A stretch of 53,543 bases of DNA, filler included, from Sluysia triapertura (Eukaryota): assembly GCA_046118255.1 (NCBI GenBank). It is 4 parts of 4 records of this genome, joined end to end, with 100 filler letters (N's around TTAATTAATTAA, not from the genome) between each part and the next. Parts side by side here need not be neighbours in the genome. Positions count along the whole stretch, not along the records: positions 15,002 to 29,212 come from JBJNIA010003225.1; positions 29,313 to 42,393 come from JBJNIA010061204.1; 2 more parts are not named here. One strand, 5' to 3'. Below are positions 19,564 through 33,799 of the stretch, piece by piece; positions within the stretch are counted from its first letter, which is position 1; every line of letters begins with the position of its first letter. The notes beneath the pieces are model-generated. The model made no database searches and was not told the origin of the DNA. It saw only the letters and a list, made by a program, of their open reading frames with translations. Position numbers and translations under genes: made by a program.

Positions 19564-22500
19564 TTAATAAATGTGTTTGCATTAATAAAAATCTTTTATA
19601 TTTTAAAGTAAAAGTGAACATAATGTATTACGTCGCCCTCAGTAGATTTTTGCCAGGATGTGTAGTTCACAGGTTAATAATCCAAATCAAAGTATCATCG
19701 TGTAGATACTTTAAATCTAAGGGAATTATAGACCTAAATAATGAACTAATATTAGAGATTTTAGGGTCCTTAATTTTAAAAGGTAATAATAATTATTCAT
19801 CACCACCAAAAACTGCACATACCTTAAATTTGTGTCAAGAGTTCACTCTTAAAACTCTAAATATTACTCTCTATCTAGAAGTGTAATATTGAATACTCAT
19901 CTCACTTGTTTAAGATGGAAATGCTTAATTGAGATTTCAATTCACTTGTTTCTAGTATTTTCTAACGACTATTTTCTGATATTTGGTACTTATTTCCATT
20001 TTATTGATTTTAATTCCAACCCCTTTGTTCTATATTATATGCAAATAAAATACAGAAAAATAGTGAATACTTATTAAATAAATTTTAAATTACGCAAAAC
20101 ATTAATTTTAGTTTAATCAACATGTAACAAAAGAAAATAAAGTTTAGTAAATATTACTTACTTGAATAATAACAAAGTTTCTCCGAATGTTCTTGAATTT
20201 TCAATAGTCTCTGGTGATGTTAGTGTTGTTGATTTAATTGATCAAATGTTCTAAATCTTCAAATGTTTCAAGAGACTCTCGTATTGCTGATTTTATTATT
20301 GTTGTGTGTTATAAAAAAAATTTTACTATATTTATATCCGATTAGCAGTAATTATAATGACGTATTATTAGTATTGTTATTTAAAATTATTAAAAAATAT
20401 TTATTTAAATTATTATTTATAATAATTATTAAAATTATTAGTAATAAAATAGTTGTATATTAATAGTAGTTGTATAACATTAGTAACTATTTTCAGTCAG
20501 TAATATAAACAGTAATAATCATAATAGTAGTAATTATTTACAGTCAATTATTAACAGTATTTATACAATAATTGCAATTAACAAGACAAATTTACAATAT
20601 TACCAAAATTACATTTCACTAAATGAAATTTAAATGAATATTAAAAATTACATTAAAATTTTGACATTAAGATTTAGATGATATTGATTAAAATTTTAGA
20701 TGAATATGATGAGTAAAATTTAAATGATAAAATATTCATTATTTTAAATTATTTTATAATTTAACGATTATTTTAACATTATTTTATAGTAAAAATGAGT
20801 ATTATTTTTAAGATGGGACATTATTTTATAAAATGAATATTTATAATATTACATTAATATCATTTCCATTTTAATAAATCACGGCTTCTTCGTTTTCCAA
20901 CGTTATTGATTCATCCGTACTCTTTTGGACTTCTCAATTTAGATGTAACAAGTTTAGATCTACATTTCTTGTGCTTCATTGTTTTCTATCAGTTATTTTG
21001 TTTTTAGGATATTTTTGGATATTTATTTCGAGGTTATTGAGGTAGATTTAGATTTATTCTTATTTTAAGATTATTAAGATCTTTTTTATTTAAAATTACT
21101 AACATTAACTTATGTATTTACAATATTAATATATAAATGTGAACATCGAAAAATATGGAAAATAAAATGATTTAGAATTTTTCTATTAACTAAAGCTCTG
21201 GTAATCCCATGATATACTTTTCATATTTTTAGAAATTAATTTAATATTTTAAAATTAAACCACAAAATAGCGCATAAAATAGCATATAAATAAACAGCTT
21301 ATAACAAATTATTATTATAAATTATTACATTTAAAAGAATTCAAAAATAAAAAAGCTAATTTTACTACATAAATTAGAGTGATAAATATTTTTATACAAA
21401 AATGTAATATTTAATATTTAAATAGTAAATAATGATAACTTCATAAATGCATACATACGTACAAATATTTATTATTGATTGTATCCAGAAGGATAGTCGA
21501 TTATTAGAATATTATAAATTCTTATTAATATCAAAAATGATTCAGATAGTATTGAAACATCACATTTGAATAATTGATGTAATTATCTTTTTAGATTAAC
21601 AGTAATATTAAATTTTAATGAATAAAACGAATTGAAAATATCATTCAGATATTAAATAAATGAAGTTTAATTACTTAGCTATTTGAAACATGTTTTTGAA
21701 TTATCAATATTATGTATATTATATTATTATTTAATTTCAATTTTGATTACAATATCTAATTATCAGTTTTATATTATAATATAAGTTGTTATAGTAAATA
21801 GTAATAAACAATGTAATAAATAATGTTGATTTTACTTTTCTATAATAATAATATTGAAGTCTAAATTTAAATATCGTTCACAAACTATATTATTTAATAA
21901 CGCTTATGTTATATAAAGAACAATGTAATGTATTAATTTTATGAGCATTCAAAACCTTATTTGGTATGAACACTATGACTTGAAAAGACATTAGCATCAA
22001 ACATAATATGGCACTCTACTATATCATAATTTTCTCAACTGATTGCCTGTAAATTGTCACTATAATTCTTACAAAATATTTCTTACAAACAAATAAAATA
22101 ACTTATACAAATATTTATCTTTTGAAAACTATAATCATTAACAAAAACGGGATATTAAACTTTTTAAAACTATTTTAAAAATATAAATCTATTTTATGTA
22201 TTATTGATAAATTACGTGTATTTTAATTTTAGTAATTGGTTTTTAGTTATAATTATAATTGTCGCGTCTTTGAAATTATTAGTTTAATTTACTTAAATAG
22301 AATATCAATAATTTCAATACTCACTAGATCAAGTATAAATTATCACAAATTTTCATATTTATTCAACCAAAAAATTACGTTCTTCAATTGAAATTATTAG
22401 CAATAACTCAATAATATAATTATTACAAAATCAAACATAAATTTCTATTATAAGTCTTCACATTAACAATAATATGAGTGAATTAGCTAAAAATGATTAA

Positions 22501-23656
22501 ATCTCAAAATTAACAATAATTTTTATAACAATATTAAGCGCACAATAATCAGTCCTAAAAAACCAGAGATGACGCTACAAAAATCAAAATATCAATATCT
22601 AAAAAGTTAAAAATAATAATAATACTTATATATTTTCGAATAATTTTATTCTAACTTATTAATAGAGCTTTATTTAATCACTTTATCAATAGCTTAAAAA
22701 GTAAAATTAAAATAATAATCAAATATTTAAATTAAAATATTTCAAAATAAATCTGGCAGAGAGTCTTCCAAAAATCAATTTATCAATAATTTAAAATTAA
22801 AGTTAAAATAATAATCAAATATTCAACTTAATCTAAATATTCAAATTAATTTTTAAATTAGAATTATTTTTCCTACTCAAGTAAAATTAAATTAAATAAA
22901 ATGAAAAAAATGGCAGAACTGTTAGAATGTGAATTGTAGCTCATTATTATTATTGTGCTGCGAAATTTTCAAGTTTTTATACTTACTCATCATCCAAACA
23001 ATCCTGAGTTTCACAATCAAACACTCACTCACACAAATCGAGAATTAGACCGACAATTACATGGTACAGCATGTCAAACTTCATTAGGTACAAAACACAA
23101 GAAATTGATTTATTATCAACCATCATTTTCGTATACTCTACTCTGCAAATCTTTTAACCTTGCAAAAATAATTCTAGAGCTCAGCTCGCCTAATAGATAC
23201 GACTTAAATCTGGACGAAGACGGTCTACAAGGATTTTAAAATTAGTCACGTAGTAATTTATACGTAAAGTAGTAATCTGTCACGTAATCATTATTTTTAA
23301 CAATTATGTTCAACTTTCAAAAAAATCTTTAGAAATCAATTACAAATATATTGAAATTTAAAATGATATCTTAATTTAGCCTTTAATGAAAAACTCAGAT
23401 TTTTAGTTAGCCTTTTACGGTCGAACCAAATAATTATGTATTTTAAACGTTAAGCTAGCCTTGTTACGGTCTAGCAGGGAAACAATGATTTTATTTATTC
23501 ACAATGAAAGAACAGTAAGACCCTAAAGCATATTGCAAAATTATACGAAGTGTTTACTAGATAAAAATAATTAGTTTGCCACTTAAATATATCTTGTGGA
23601 TTTTATTTTAAAATTAGTTTAACTTAGCCTTATTTAAATCAACATCATTTTGTTGT

Positions 23657-23811
23657 GGTAAAAAGGCCTAAAGTGCCATTTGGTAAAAATGACTATAATA
23701 TAATAAAATCGTTAGACAGGGCTGATATATCAGTGGTAGAGCATCGAAATGTCTAACGATTTTATTTTATTATAGTCATTTTTACCAAGTGGCACTTTAG
23801 GTCTTTTTACC
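23657..23811. repeat. 62-bp-arm inverted repeat with a tRNA-5'-half-like 31-nt loop
   Basis: Arms 23657-23718 and 23750-23811 (3 mismatches); loop GGGCTGATATATCAGTGGTAGAGCATCGAAA. Confidence 0.9.
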
Positions 23812-25624
23812 TCCACAATTTGATTTCATTAATTCAGTAATATCTTTAGATTTTGAAGTAATTGGGAGTTCCATTGAAATATTTGTAGTATCATTAATAA
23901 TTAGTCTAATTTTTATTAAGTCTTTGGGATTCTTTTCGCTTTCTTTTCTAGCTTTCTTTCTATATAAACTATCTTCTTTACTTAATATAGCAAGTATTAA
24001 TTTAATATCATAGCCATTTTGAATACTCAATTTTAATTTTAATAATTCATCCAAATTTTCGTCTAAATATTTAGCTTTTGTTATACCACTAGCCAAATCT
24101 AATAAAAATTATTCGACCTTTTTGTCTCTTTGTAACTCTGTGGTATCCATTTTCTCGTTTGCTAAAATACACATTCATTCATTTCCTAATTTATTAATTT
24201 TTTTTAATTTTTATTGATTATTTCTTCTTCCATATCTTCGCTGGCACTTCTTCTTCTGAATCGATTTATATTTCTTCTGCTCGTAATTCTTTGTCATTTG
24301 TTTGTCTGGTAATATCATTTTCTACACCTGATATAACTTCTTGATCATCACTCTCAATAGATTTCTTCTGAAAATCCTTCTCTTATGTTTCATCTTCTTC
24401 TCTGTTACTCAGTTCACTTTCTTTATCATTCATTTCTTCTTCTGATTCTGGCTTTGTCTTTTTATTAATCTTTTCTGTTTACTTTCCCCTTTATCGATTA
24501 ACTGTTGAATTCTTTGTTTCATCTCTTCATTTGTAATTACATCTTTGATTTCTTTAATATGTTCGATCATTTCTTCTATAGGTTTATTGAATATTTCTTG
24601 AATTCTTACTTGAATTGATTGTATTGTTAATTGATTTTCTTTTCTTTCTTTTTGTTCTCTTCGTTTTCTATCTTTCTTGCATATCTATCATGCATATAAC
24701 TCATAAAGACTTCTTCTTCATCTTGTTTATTTTTGAATCGATTTTTATCACAATCTAATCCAGTGAAATAGAATTCTCGTAACGTAGTATTATTTTCTTC
24801 ATCTGTTATCAATTATCCTCTGCTCCACTAAATTTTCGCATTTCTGGTAAGACCATTAAAGGACGAATATCTCTTGCTAATTGTGAAATACAATCTTTAA
24901 AATCATTTGGCAAAGCCATGTAGTGTCTTAATGTAGCTCTATAATCGTCAAAAGGTACAATTTGTTTAGCAATCTTATTCAAATATTACAATTCTTATCA
25001 AATTAGAATTTATTATTATGCTTTATTCTTTAAATCTTATAAAACCCGTAAATTAATTCGTATTAATTGAGTAATCACTTATAAAACTTATTCAAGTAAA
25101 ACTTATTCGATAATAATAAAAACTTATTCGTATAAAATTAGAACTTATTCAACCAGGTTATAATAAAACTTGTACTATTCGTACATAAAACTTATTTAAT
25201 AATGACAAGGAACAATAAAACTTATAGAAAAATCGTCTATAAACTTCAAAACTTATAGAAATTTATGTAATTTATAATTTAGAATACTTTTGCTTATTAT
25301 AATCAGAACTTAATAGGGTTATGTATAATTTACTTTCTTATTCAAATATATATCTTTATTTTATTTTAATGTATGTTTATGCTGCTAGTCTTCACTCTGG
25401 GCACCAGTTATAATATGTGGAATTTTGTTATGAGATTGGATCAAGATTTGCTTTATCCTTGCCGTCAATTCTCTGTGTTACTCATTAAAGGGCCAGCACA
25501 TAGATTCGCATCTTTTGAGAAAGGAAAAACAAGAATTGGAGGCTTTGATATTTAATTTTAATGCTACTTTTTTCTTAGTTTTGGATAGCTATTGACTCTT
25601 CTCAATTACGATTTTATTATAACT
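23797..25624 (-). mobile_element. Gypsy-type LTR retrotransposon 5' part: LTR, PBS, repetitive leader, decayed gag-like ORF
   Basis: LTR 25406-25624 has terminal inverted AGTTATAATA...TATTATAACT. A PBS-like TGGTGCCCAG overlaps the LTR end (tRNA-Lys-type TGGCGCCC with one transition). The leader has repeated AAAACTTATTC (25080-25260). A broken charged ORF runs 24980-23797. No second LTR seen. Confidence 0.75.
25406..25624 (-). repeat. 5' LTR (219 bp) with AGTT...AACT ends
   Basis: 10-bp terminal inverted repeat AGTTATAATA; adjacent PBS-like sequence at 25397-25406. Confidence 0.75.
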
Positions 25625-26559
25625 TGAATCAATATTAAAAATTATCTGTGACAATTCAAATTTATTTTTCTTAAAATACTATCAATTAAAAAACACAAAA
25701 AATACAAATTCGTATGTATTATAAATTATATATCAAAAAGGCAACAAGTATTACAATAGAAATTATTAATCATAAAATGCAAACAAAAAGAGTCTATACA
25801 AAAGAAATTAGACGTTTTTTGATAATATAATCAAAATTTAAAAAATCCTTTTATATAAATATTTCACGATATTAATTTATAATTAATACGCTGTATTTAA
25901 AGGTTAAAATTGAATTTTGTACAGTATCAAAAATGCTTTTATTCTTTTTATAAAAATTAGTTAAGTGTATTTTATATCGTTACAAATATAACTAATCTTA
26001 ACAATGTGAAATTAACGATTAATTTTCTTCATTTGACAATAAATTAATTTTTCCAAATGTTAATAGTTAATTCTTCTGAATTCAAATAATTAATCTTCTT
26101 AAATTCCTCAATATTGATCACTGTTTTTCAAATGTTTTAAATTAGCTATAAAATATCGGCAACTGTTTCCAAATGATAATATTTTACAATTAAAATCAAT
26201 AATTTTTAAACTTTTATTACGCTATTTTTATAGTGTTTTTGAACACTATTTTTTAGTAAGTCTATAAATAAAATGGTATACTTACTATTTAAAACAATAT
26301 ATTCTTAATAATTTAATATTTAATATATTATTTTAAATTTAATAATTATTTAATGTTTTTAATAAATATATTATTTAATAATAATTTAACTTAATATTTT
26401 TAATAAATATTTTTAATAAATATATTATTTAATAATGATTTAACTTCAATAACATTTAAATAAAATATTAAAAATATAATATACATATAACATAATATAA
26501 TATATATACATTACAAAAATATTAATTGTATTGTTAAAATGTGTAAATATAAATTAAAT

Positions 26560-27300
26560 AAAATATCAAGCATTCGAAAATTTATTAATAAAGAAACAGC
26601 TGAACTTATGGTTCATTCATTGATAGCTAATACCGTATTTTCTTGTGTATATTTCGCACTTAATGTATAGTTCGCATTACAAAAATCAACTTCTTTTAAT
26701 ATAACCAGCGCACATATGAAACATATATGGTTTAATATTTTTTGATCAAAAAATATCTTATATCACCAAATAAGTATAAATTTAATTACAATTTCAAGGT
26801 TTCTATTTAAATTATATTGTTTTTGGTTCATTGGAAAATTAATATTTCTTTAGGATCAATAAAATAAATTTCTAAACTATTGATGTATTACCCACACCAT
26901 AAAAATACACTTTTTTCAATATATAGCCCGCGGGCTATAGGCAAGAAAATACGGTAACATAAATTTTAACAATGGTTTGGTTGCTAATAAAAGGAAGAAT
27001 TGAATTCAAAATCATTAAAATAATTTACATTACGGAAGTCCTGAATATCTTTTAGAAATATTTGGAAACCAAAATAATTATTTCATTCGGAAAAAATAAT
27101 ATACACAGAAACCACAGTGATAATAAGCTAGGGAATAGGTTGTTTCAAAAATATACAACCAGTTACCAGAGAATGTCAAATTATTGGAAGATTATGGAAT
27201 ATTTAAGAAAAAGGCAAATTTGTTTCTGTTTCAGAAATATTACAGTTAATAATTTAATTTAAGGTTTTGAGTACTTATGCAGTACATATGAGCGCAATAA
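26560..27300 (+). mobile_element. L2/CR1-group LINE ORF2 3' fragment, interrupted by a MITE
   Basis: Across the MITE it reads SIRKFINKETAELMVHSLIANNINFNNGL..WLLIKGRIEFKII..PEYL..GNRLF..QLPENVK. This matches the post-RT pattern IRxxLxxxxAxxLVHALIxSxLDY..WLPIxxRIxFK..PxYL..GxRxF..WNxLP. Confidence 0.75.
26633..26954. mobile_element. pogo/Tc1-mariner-type MITE with TA target-site duplication
   Basis: TA|CCGTATTTTCTTG ... CAAGAAAATACGG|TA perfect TIRs; removing it restores the LINE frame. Confidence 0.9.
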
Positions 27301-27713
27301 TAAATATTATTATTAAGTTTCATGTTTGTAAGAATGACTGATTTTCTGTCCAGCGTTTCAACAAAACGATTTATTGAAAACCTCAATACACAAAATAATT
27401 TTCATTATTTATTTTAAATTTTTAATTTTAATTGTATTTGACATGTTTTTTATCAGTAAGTTTGCTATTACTTTATTAAATTTTAAAGTTGTTTAATATA
27501 CTAGTTTTTTATTGTTTATAACAAAATTGTTATTAATTAGCAACCTTGAAATTAGATAGATTTTGTATAATGGTATAATAATATTTTCAAGTCGTATTTA
27601 GAAATCTGGTGCATATTTCATTAGTAAAATTCATATTTTAAATTATTATTTTATTGAAACGTAGTCTATATAATTTATTGATGTAAATTGTTTAATTAGT
27701 TAAATTATATAAA

Positions 27714-28355
27714 ATGTATAAAAATTGTCCGTTAATGTTCTGTAATTTTTATTGTATTCACACAAGCGTGTCACATTATACTTATGGATTTCTTTCTCTT
27801 AATTTCATGCATTTAGATGGTGGTGCCTTATTGGAGAAGCACAGGATTAGTATTCCAAGAATTATTTATCAAAATTTGAGATTTGTTCAAAAACGTACAA
27901 TTCCTAAACAACCTCCTGATGTGTCTCCAATAAAGCATTTGAAGCACAAAGTAAAGGAAAAATCTAAGTCTCAATCATGGCGAGAGTTATTTATAGAAAC
28001 TATTTATGATTACGCTTCAATAATTATGAATTATTTTTTACGAGGTACACAATTTGGGGCTGTATATTCGATCTTGGCAACATTTGGATACGGATTATCT
28101 TTTTGTTTAGTGTATTTGTAGGTTAATAAATAAGAAAAATAATTGTTTTAGTATTATTGTTTTAGTATTACCTTAAGTCCAATTAAGGTAAATTTAGGAG
28201 AAACATCCGCAACTATTATAGATACTATTTTGCTGGCAAAATTATTAGTACCATTCAAAATTTTGTTGACAACTTATATCAACAAAAAACTTAAGAATCG
28301 TGGTATTTCGTTAGAAAAATATATAAAAGAATTTTTTCAGTCTGATGATAAATAA
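27714..28355 (+). CDS. Spliced host gene, 172 aa, predicted membrane protein, weakly DUF1279/FAM210-like
   Basis: Exons 27714-27741, 27817-28117 and 28166-28355 (GT-AG introns of 75 and 48 bp; 519 nt, in frame). Basic N-terminus, then GTQFGAVYSILATFGYGLSFCLVYF..DTILLAKLLVPFKILLTTYI, resembling the FAM210 AxxKxxxPxRxxxT segment. Intron 1 is in frame and optional. Confidence 0.75.
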
Positions 28356-29212
28356 TCATTTTTGAAATATATTAAAGTTTTTGTTAATATATTCACTTCT
28401 TCATTTAGTGAATGTTTAATGTTGATTTTGTCTTGTGAATTCTTATTTCAATGAAGGTGAACAGTGCTATTTGTAATTAATACATATTTTAATTATATTT
28501 ACAACGTTAATATTTAAATATGTTTTTATTTTCATGTTAATTAATGAGTTAATCTTTCTTATATGTAGATTAAAATTTAAAAATAAAGTTTTCAAAACTT
28601 AGATTTATATTTCACATTATTAGACCTAAATGTCGTTTTTTTCACTTTAGAAATCATATATAATTTAAACATATTTCATTGTTATTAGTAATATGAAAAT
28701 AGGTTGCATGTTGTGAACTGCAAAATCCAAGTATAAGAAAACAAGTTTCAAATAAAATCAAATTTCAAAAACAAATAAGTTCTGTGAAAGTAAATTTACT
28801 TGAAAATAAAGCTATCATCATCAATCCATGCATAATTTTCGAAATGAAATTTCGCATACATAATTTTGATATTGAAATAATAATTTTAAAATATTAGGTA
28901 GAACTAATAAATTACAATATATATAAATTTTCAAAACTTAATTTTATTCAGAATTTTAAAACATACTGTAATAGTAGTATAAGCATATAAAATGCTTAAT
29001 CAAGATAAAATAATGAAACAATACGAAGAAATAAGCCTTTGCAGTGTTTTATCTGTTAAAATATTAAAGTACATTTGTTAATTAATTCAATTATAATTTG
29101 TTTAATTTCATAATTCAATAAAAATGTTTGCTCAATATAAAATGATATTGGATTTAGTGTATAATATTGAGTTTTGATAGTGTTTTTAATAATAAAGCAT
29201 TGCGAAGCACGT

Positions 29213-29312
29213 NNNNNNNNNNNNNNNNNNNNNNNNNNNNNNNNNNNNNNNNNNNNTTAATTAATTAANNNNNNNNNNNNNNNNNNNNNNNNNNNNNNNN
29301 NNNNNNNNNNNN
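29213..29312. other. Artificial contig-join linker
   Basis: N44-TTAATTAATTAA-N44. Confidence 0.95.
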
Positions 29313-29384
29313 ACTTTATGAGATGAGTTATAGTGAATATTGTGTGATGAATTATGATGGATACCGTATGACGAGTTCCCTACA
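29313..29384 (-). repeat. Repeat R4 (LTR-like TG start), copy at contig edge
   Basis: Reverse complement of 53259-53330 (TGTAGGGAACTCGTCATACGGTAT...AACTCATCTCAT). Confidence 0.8.
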
Positions 29385-32300
29385 ATAACATTTAACAGCG
29401 ATATAATTTCAGCTTAACTTTAAATAATTTTTTTTCTATTTATAATAATTTTTAACCCATGGAAACAATTTCCAATATGTAGTACGTCTGATTAAATAAA
29501 CATTAAAATTGGGAACATGCTTCAATAAAGTTTCATATTATAAATGATTCTAGTTCATCCGATTATTTCATCGTATGTAACTATTTGTTAAAACATTCAG
29601 AAATAATTTTTCGCAATAGTATTTCTATTATTCAATGTATCAAAGATCAATCACATATATCTTTACACGTATTCACATATATTCATATATATATTTTAAT
29701 TATATTTTAATCAATAAATCTAAAAATAAATTATTAATAAATCTTGAAATAAATGGCATTATTATTATTGTTATAAAAATTGTACTTTTAACAAAATAAT
29801 TTTAATACATCAAAATTTTAATTGTTTTGAAGGTCATTCAGTTAGATATATATAATTACTATATTTTCAAAAAAAATCAGAGTACAAGTTCATATTAACA
29901 TTAGTTTAAGTTGGTTTAAAATTTTTACAACGATAATTTTTCCGAGATTTTTGTAACCCGTCTTTCATTTTCTTGGTGGATCAATTCAATTAATTTATCG
30001 AACTAGTTGTGGATAAATTAGTTCTCGATTTAGTTCATTTAAAGTAAGATATCTATTTTAATAAAGATAGTAAACTCATTACGTAATTTTAATTTAAAAA
30101 TATTCATACTCTTTTTAATATATAGAGTTACAAAATTTCCATTCAAAATTTCAACTACAAGGATTATACATTAATTCTAATAAAATTTTTATATTATAAT
30201 ATTAGTGCCATATAAAAGTTTGTAATTGTTTTTAATTCAGTATATTGTATTATAATATTGGAATCATATAAAATTTTGTAATCATTGTATTAAATATATA
30301 TTTATTAAAAAATTTTTTCATGATTGATTACTTTACAATAAAGCCTACCGATTTTACTCGGTTGTAAAATCCACTTAAATTCGTTCTTTAAAAGAATTAT
30401 TAATAAGGTACCGTTTTTATAACACGGTCGCAATATATACTTAAAATTATTGGATTTTGACTTTATTAACAATAGTATTACGTAATAATTTAATGTACCA
30501 TTATCAATAGCCTTATTTACCTCCAATTAAAATCTTCTTGATTTGCTGTTTACAACTTAGCCCTTAAGTGAATAAGACTAGGATTGTAAGGAACTCACCA
30601 CATAATAAGTGCATAACTGTTCAGAAAAAACCATAAGACGTCTTCTTAATTTAATTAAGTTAAGTAATCAATATACATTTACAAATTTTTAAGGTCTTGA
30701 GAGCCTTTTTTAATATCACCTTTCCTGTCGTGTACGATTTACTGGTAAATCATTAATACTCCATNNNNNNNNNNNNNNNNNNNNNNNNNNNNNNNNNNNN
30801 NNNNNNNNNNNNNNNNNNNNNNNNNNNNNNNNNNNNNNNNNNNNNNNNNNNNNNNNNNNNNNNNNNNNNNNNNNNNNNNNNNNNNNNNNNNNNNNNNNNN
30901 NNNNNNNNNNNNNNNNNNNNNNNNNNNNNNNNNNNNNNNNNNNNNNNNNNNNNNNNNNNNNNNNNNNNNNNNNNNNNNNNNNNNNNNNNNNNNNNNNNNN
31001 NNNNNNNNNNNNNNNNNNNNNNNNNNNNNNNNNNNNNNNNNNNNCTTTATTAATTATTCGTAATTTTATTAATGTTTATAATAATAATAATATTATTATT
31101 ATTAATTATAAATCTGGCGGATTGAAGTTCCTCCAATTCAACTTCATATTCTGAATAAAGTTTTTATACGACATAACCCTAATAAATACTGACCATAACT
31201 CTACATTTATAAACTATCCACAATTGTTCTGATTAATTCTTTAGTAAGAACAATTACAATTTTTGCTGTCCACTTTTCAATAATGAAAATATGTCTATTA
31301 ATAATTTGACGAAAACTAATAAAATAGTCGATGACATTTAAACTGAGCATATATCATAAAAACAAATAAAACGAATATAGAACGATTTGTTTGTTATGTA
31401 TTGCATTTCATAAATATTTGCAAAGTTAACATTCGAAGTTTTGTATAAAGTTAATTTAAAATCAAATGCAATAAATTGTAGAACATTTTTGTTGTAGAAT
31501 ATACACATTTTTATATGAAACACATTTCTAACAACGTTATATTAGAACATAATATTGTTACACTTTTGTAAAATTTTTATTTTTACACATATAGTAAACA
31601 TTGACATATTTGTATTATTGAATTACACTGTGTTTTTAATATTTTCTGTATTTTTAATTATTATTTGTATATTGATAAATAAAAGTAGTAAAAATTTGTT
31701 AAAAAATATAGTATCTTCAAAATGTAACAAATGTTATTATTAATAATATATTATTTATTAAAAAAAGTTTTATAAAATGAATGTTAGTAGATTCTGATAG
31801 GTTAGAGGGGAAAACATCAAAAAATGTAGCGAATTCTGGTTAATCTATTTTAAGAAGTCAAACCAATGATATAAACCATAGAAAAATGCAATCAAAACAT
31901 TATAAAATTTAAAGGACGGTAATAATAGTTCATGATGAAACAGTCATTATATTTTGCGATATTTTTAGATTTATCTAGAATACTTCTAAATTTTACAGTG
32001 ACTTTTCTTTTTGGAATTTTATACTTTTCTTCATTTCTTCATGAATAATTTAAATCATCTGACACTTAATGCTAGAAATTTCATAATCAATTAAATCATT
32101 GCCGCAAATAAATTTTAGAAGTATATTTTCTACCTATTTCTTTTATTTTATGTACTATTTTTTACTGTTTAATGAATCCGATTTTCTTATTTAAAGTTTC
32201 ATTAGCCACTCGATGAAAATAGACATTTAATTTATAATTGTTATCGCGTATTGATTTTTAAAACGAATATTTAATATGGTATTTTAATTATTGACAAAAT

Positions 32301-32643
32301 TATTAAATAACAGATAATTAATAAAATTATTATAATATAATTATTATAAATTAAAATAATTATTTTTAAGATTCAACAAGAATTCTTAAAATATTTTATT
32401 TTATTTAAATTTTATATTATAAATATTTCAAATATATTTTAAAAATAAATTTTTCAATTTAAAAAAATAAACTGAAAAAGTTTTGTTATTTGTATAACTT
32501 TTCAAAATAGCTTTCATAAAATTTCAAAACAATTGTCATTATTTAAATTCAAATCTATTATTATTCAAATTCAAAAATGTGAAAAATAAACGGCGAAATA
32601 TAACAAATAATAAGTGAAATTAACTGATGAATATCATAAAAAT

Positions 32644-32678
<35 letters not shown>

Positions 32679-33799
32679 TTATATTAATTTAAAATTATAA
32701 ACTAATTTTTAAATGAATAATTTTACCATTATTAATTTAATTTCGAAAAATATCTTTTGATAAATCAATATAAAACATTTTCTGATTAAATCGAAACATT
32801 ATGTGCATCAGTTATTTCCTATTTGTATTTCTTCGACATAATCTAGCTTAGAATTCATGTGAACTGTGATTGTGAATACAATTTAAGAATCATTGTTCCA
32901 TATGACAAATTATACACAAAGTCATCTTTTGTAATAATTTCTAGTTTATTTAATAATTTTTTAAAGATACAATACATTAAAAATTCAATTATGAATCTAA
33001 AAATTTCGTAGTCTACATATTTAACTACTTATTATAAATGGTAACAAATTTTTATGAAACATAATTAACAATAAATTACTTACTTATAAAAATAAATAAG
33101 TTAAAAATTATTTTTACTTCATATATGTTTTAGTAATACACCAAAAATAAGCATACTTGCAAATTAATAACAGTTTTTTCAATGAGCTCAATTCGTTTGT
33201 GAAAGTTAACATAATCTTCTCTCATTTCCGTAACTCCTCTGAAAATTGTTTGTTGAGTCTGAAAAATTAATAAAATTACTAATTACTGATATTTTTACAG
33301 AGAAAACGTAGCTTTAGTAAATTAAATTTTTAAAATAAATTAAATATTCAGAAGTGCATATCAAGTAAATCTAATTATTATGGTTAGACCAAAAATAATA
33401 GAGTAAAAAAGGTTTTATATCTTAGGTTTACATTGTCAAGCTGCTATTTTCTTTTTTGAAGCTTTTTTTACTAATATTTTGATTGTGCAACAATGACTGT
33501 TTTTATGATTAATTTTTAGGATATTTTGGTAGATCATTTTCGATTATCGGCTATATGTTAAATTTTGAAAGATTACTCGTCAACCAATAGTAAATTTTCA
33601 GAGATCTTTATATTAAATTAAAGATAATGGCAAATCGGTATTGTCAATAAAAGAAATTTTTGACTATTTTATTTCATTGTTTCTCGAGTTTATGCCAAAA
33701 GATTTTAGTACTAAAACCCTTTTATTATTCGTGTGATGGTTATTTCAACGTTTTCTCAATCATTTTGGTCCAGAAACAGATATATTCAGCAATTCAGAT

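Noticed and set aside
23719-23749. Functional tRNA gene
   Set aside because: Only a 5'-half-like fragment; no anticodon arm or B-box follows.
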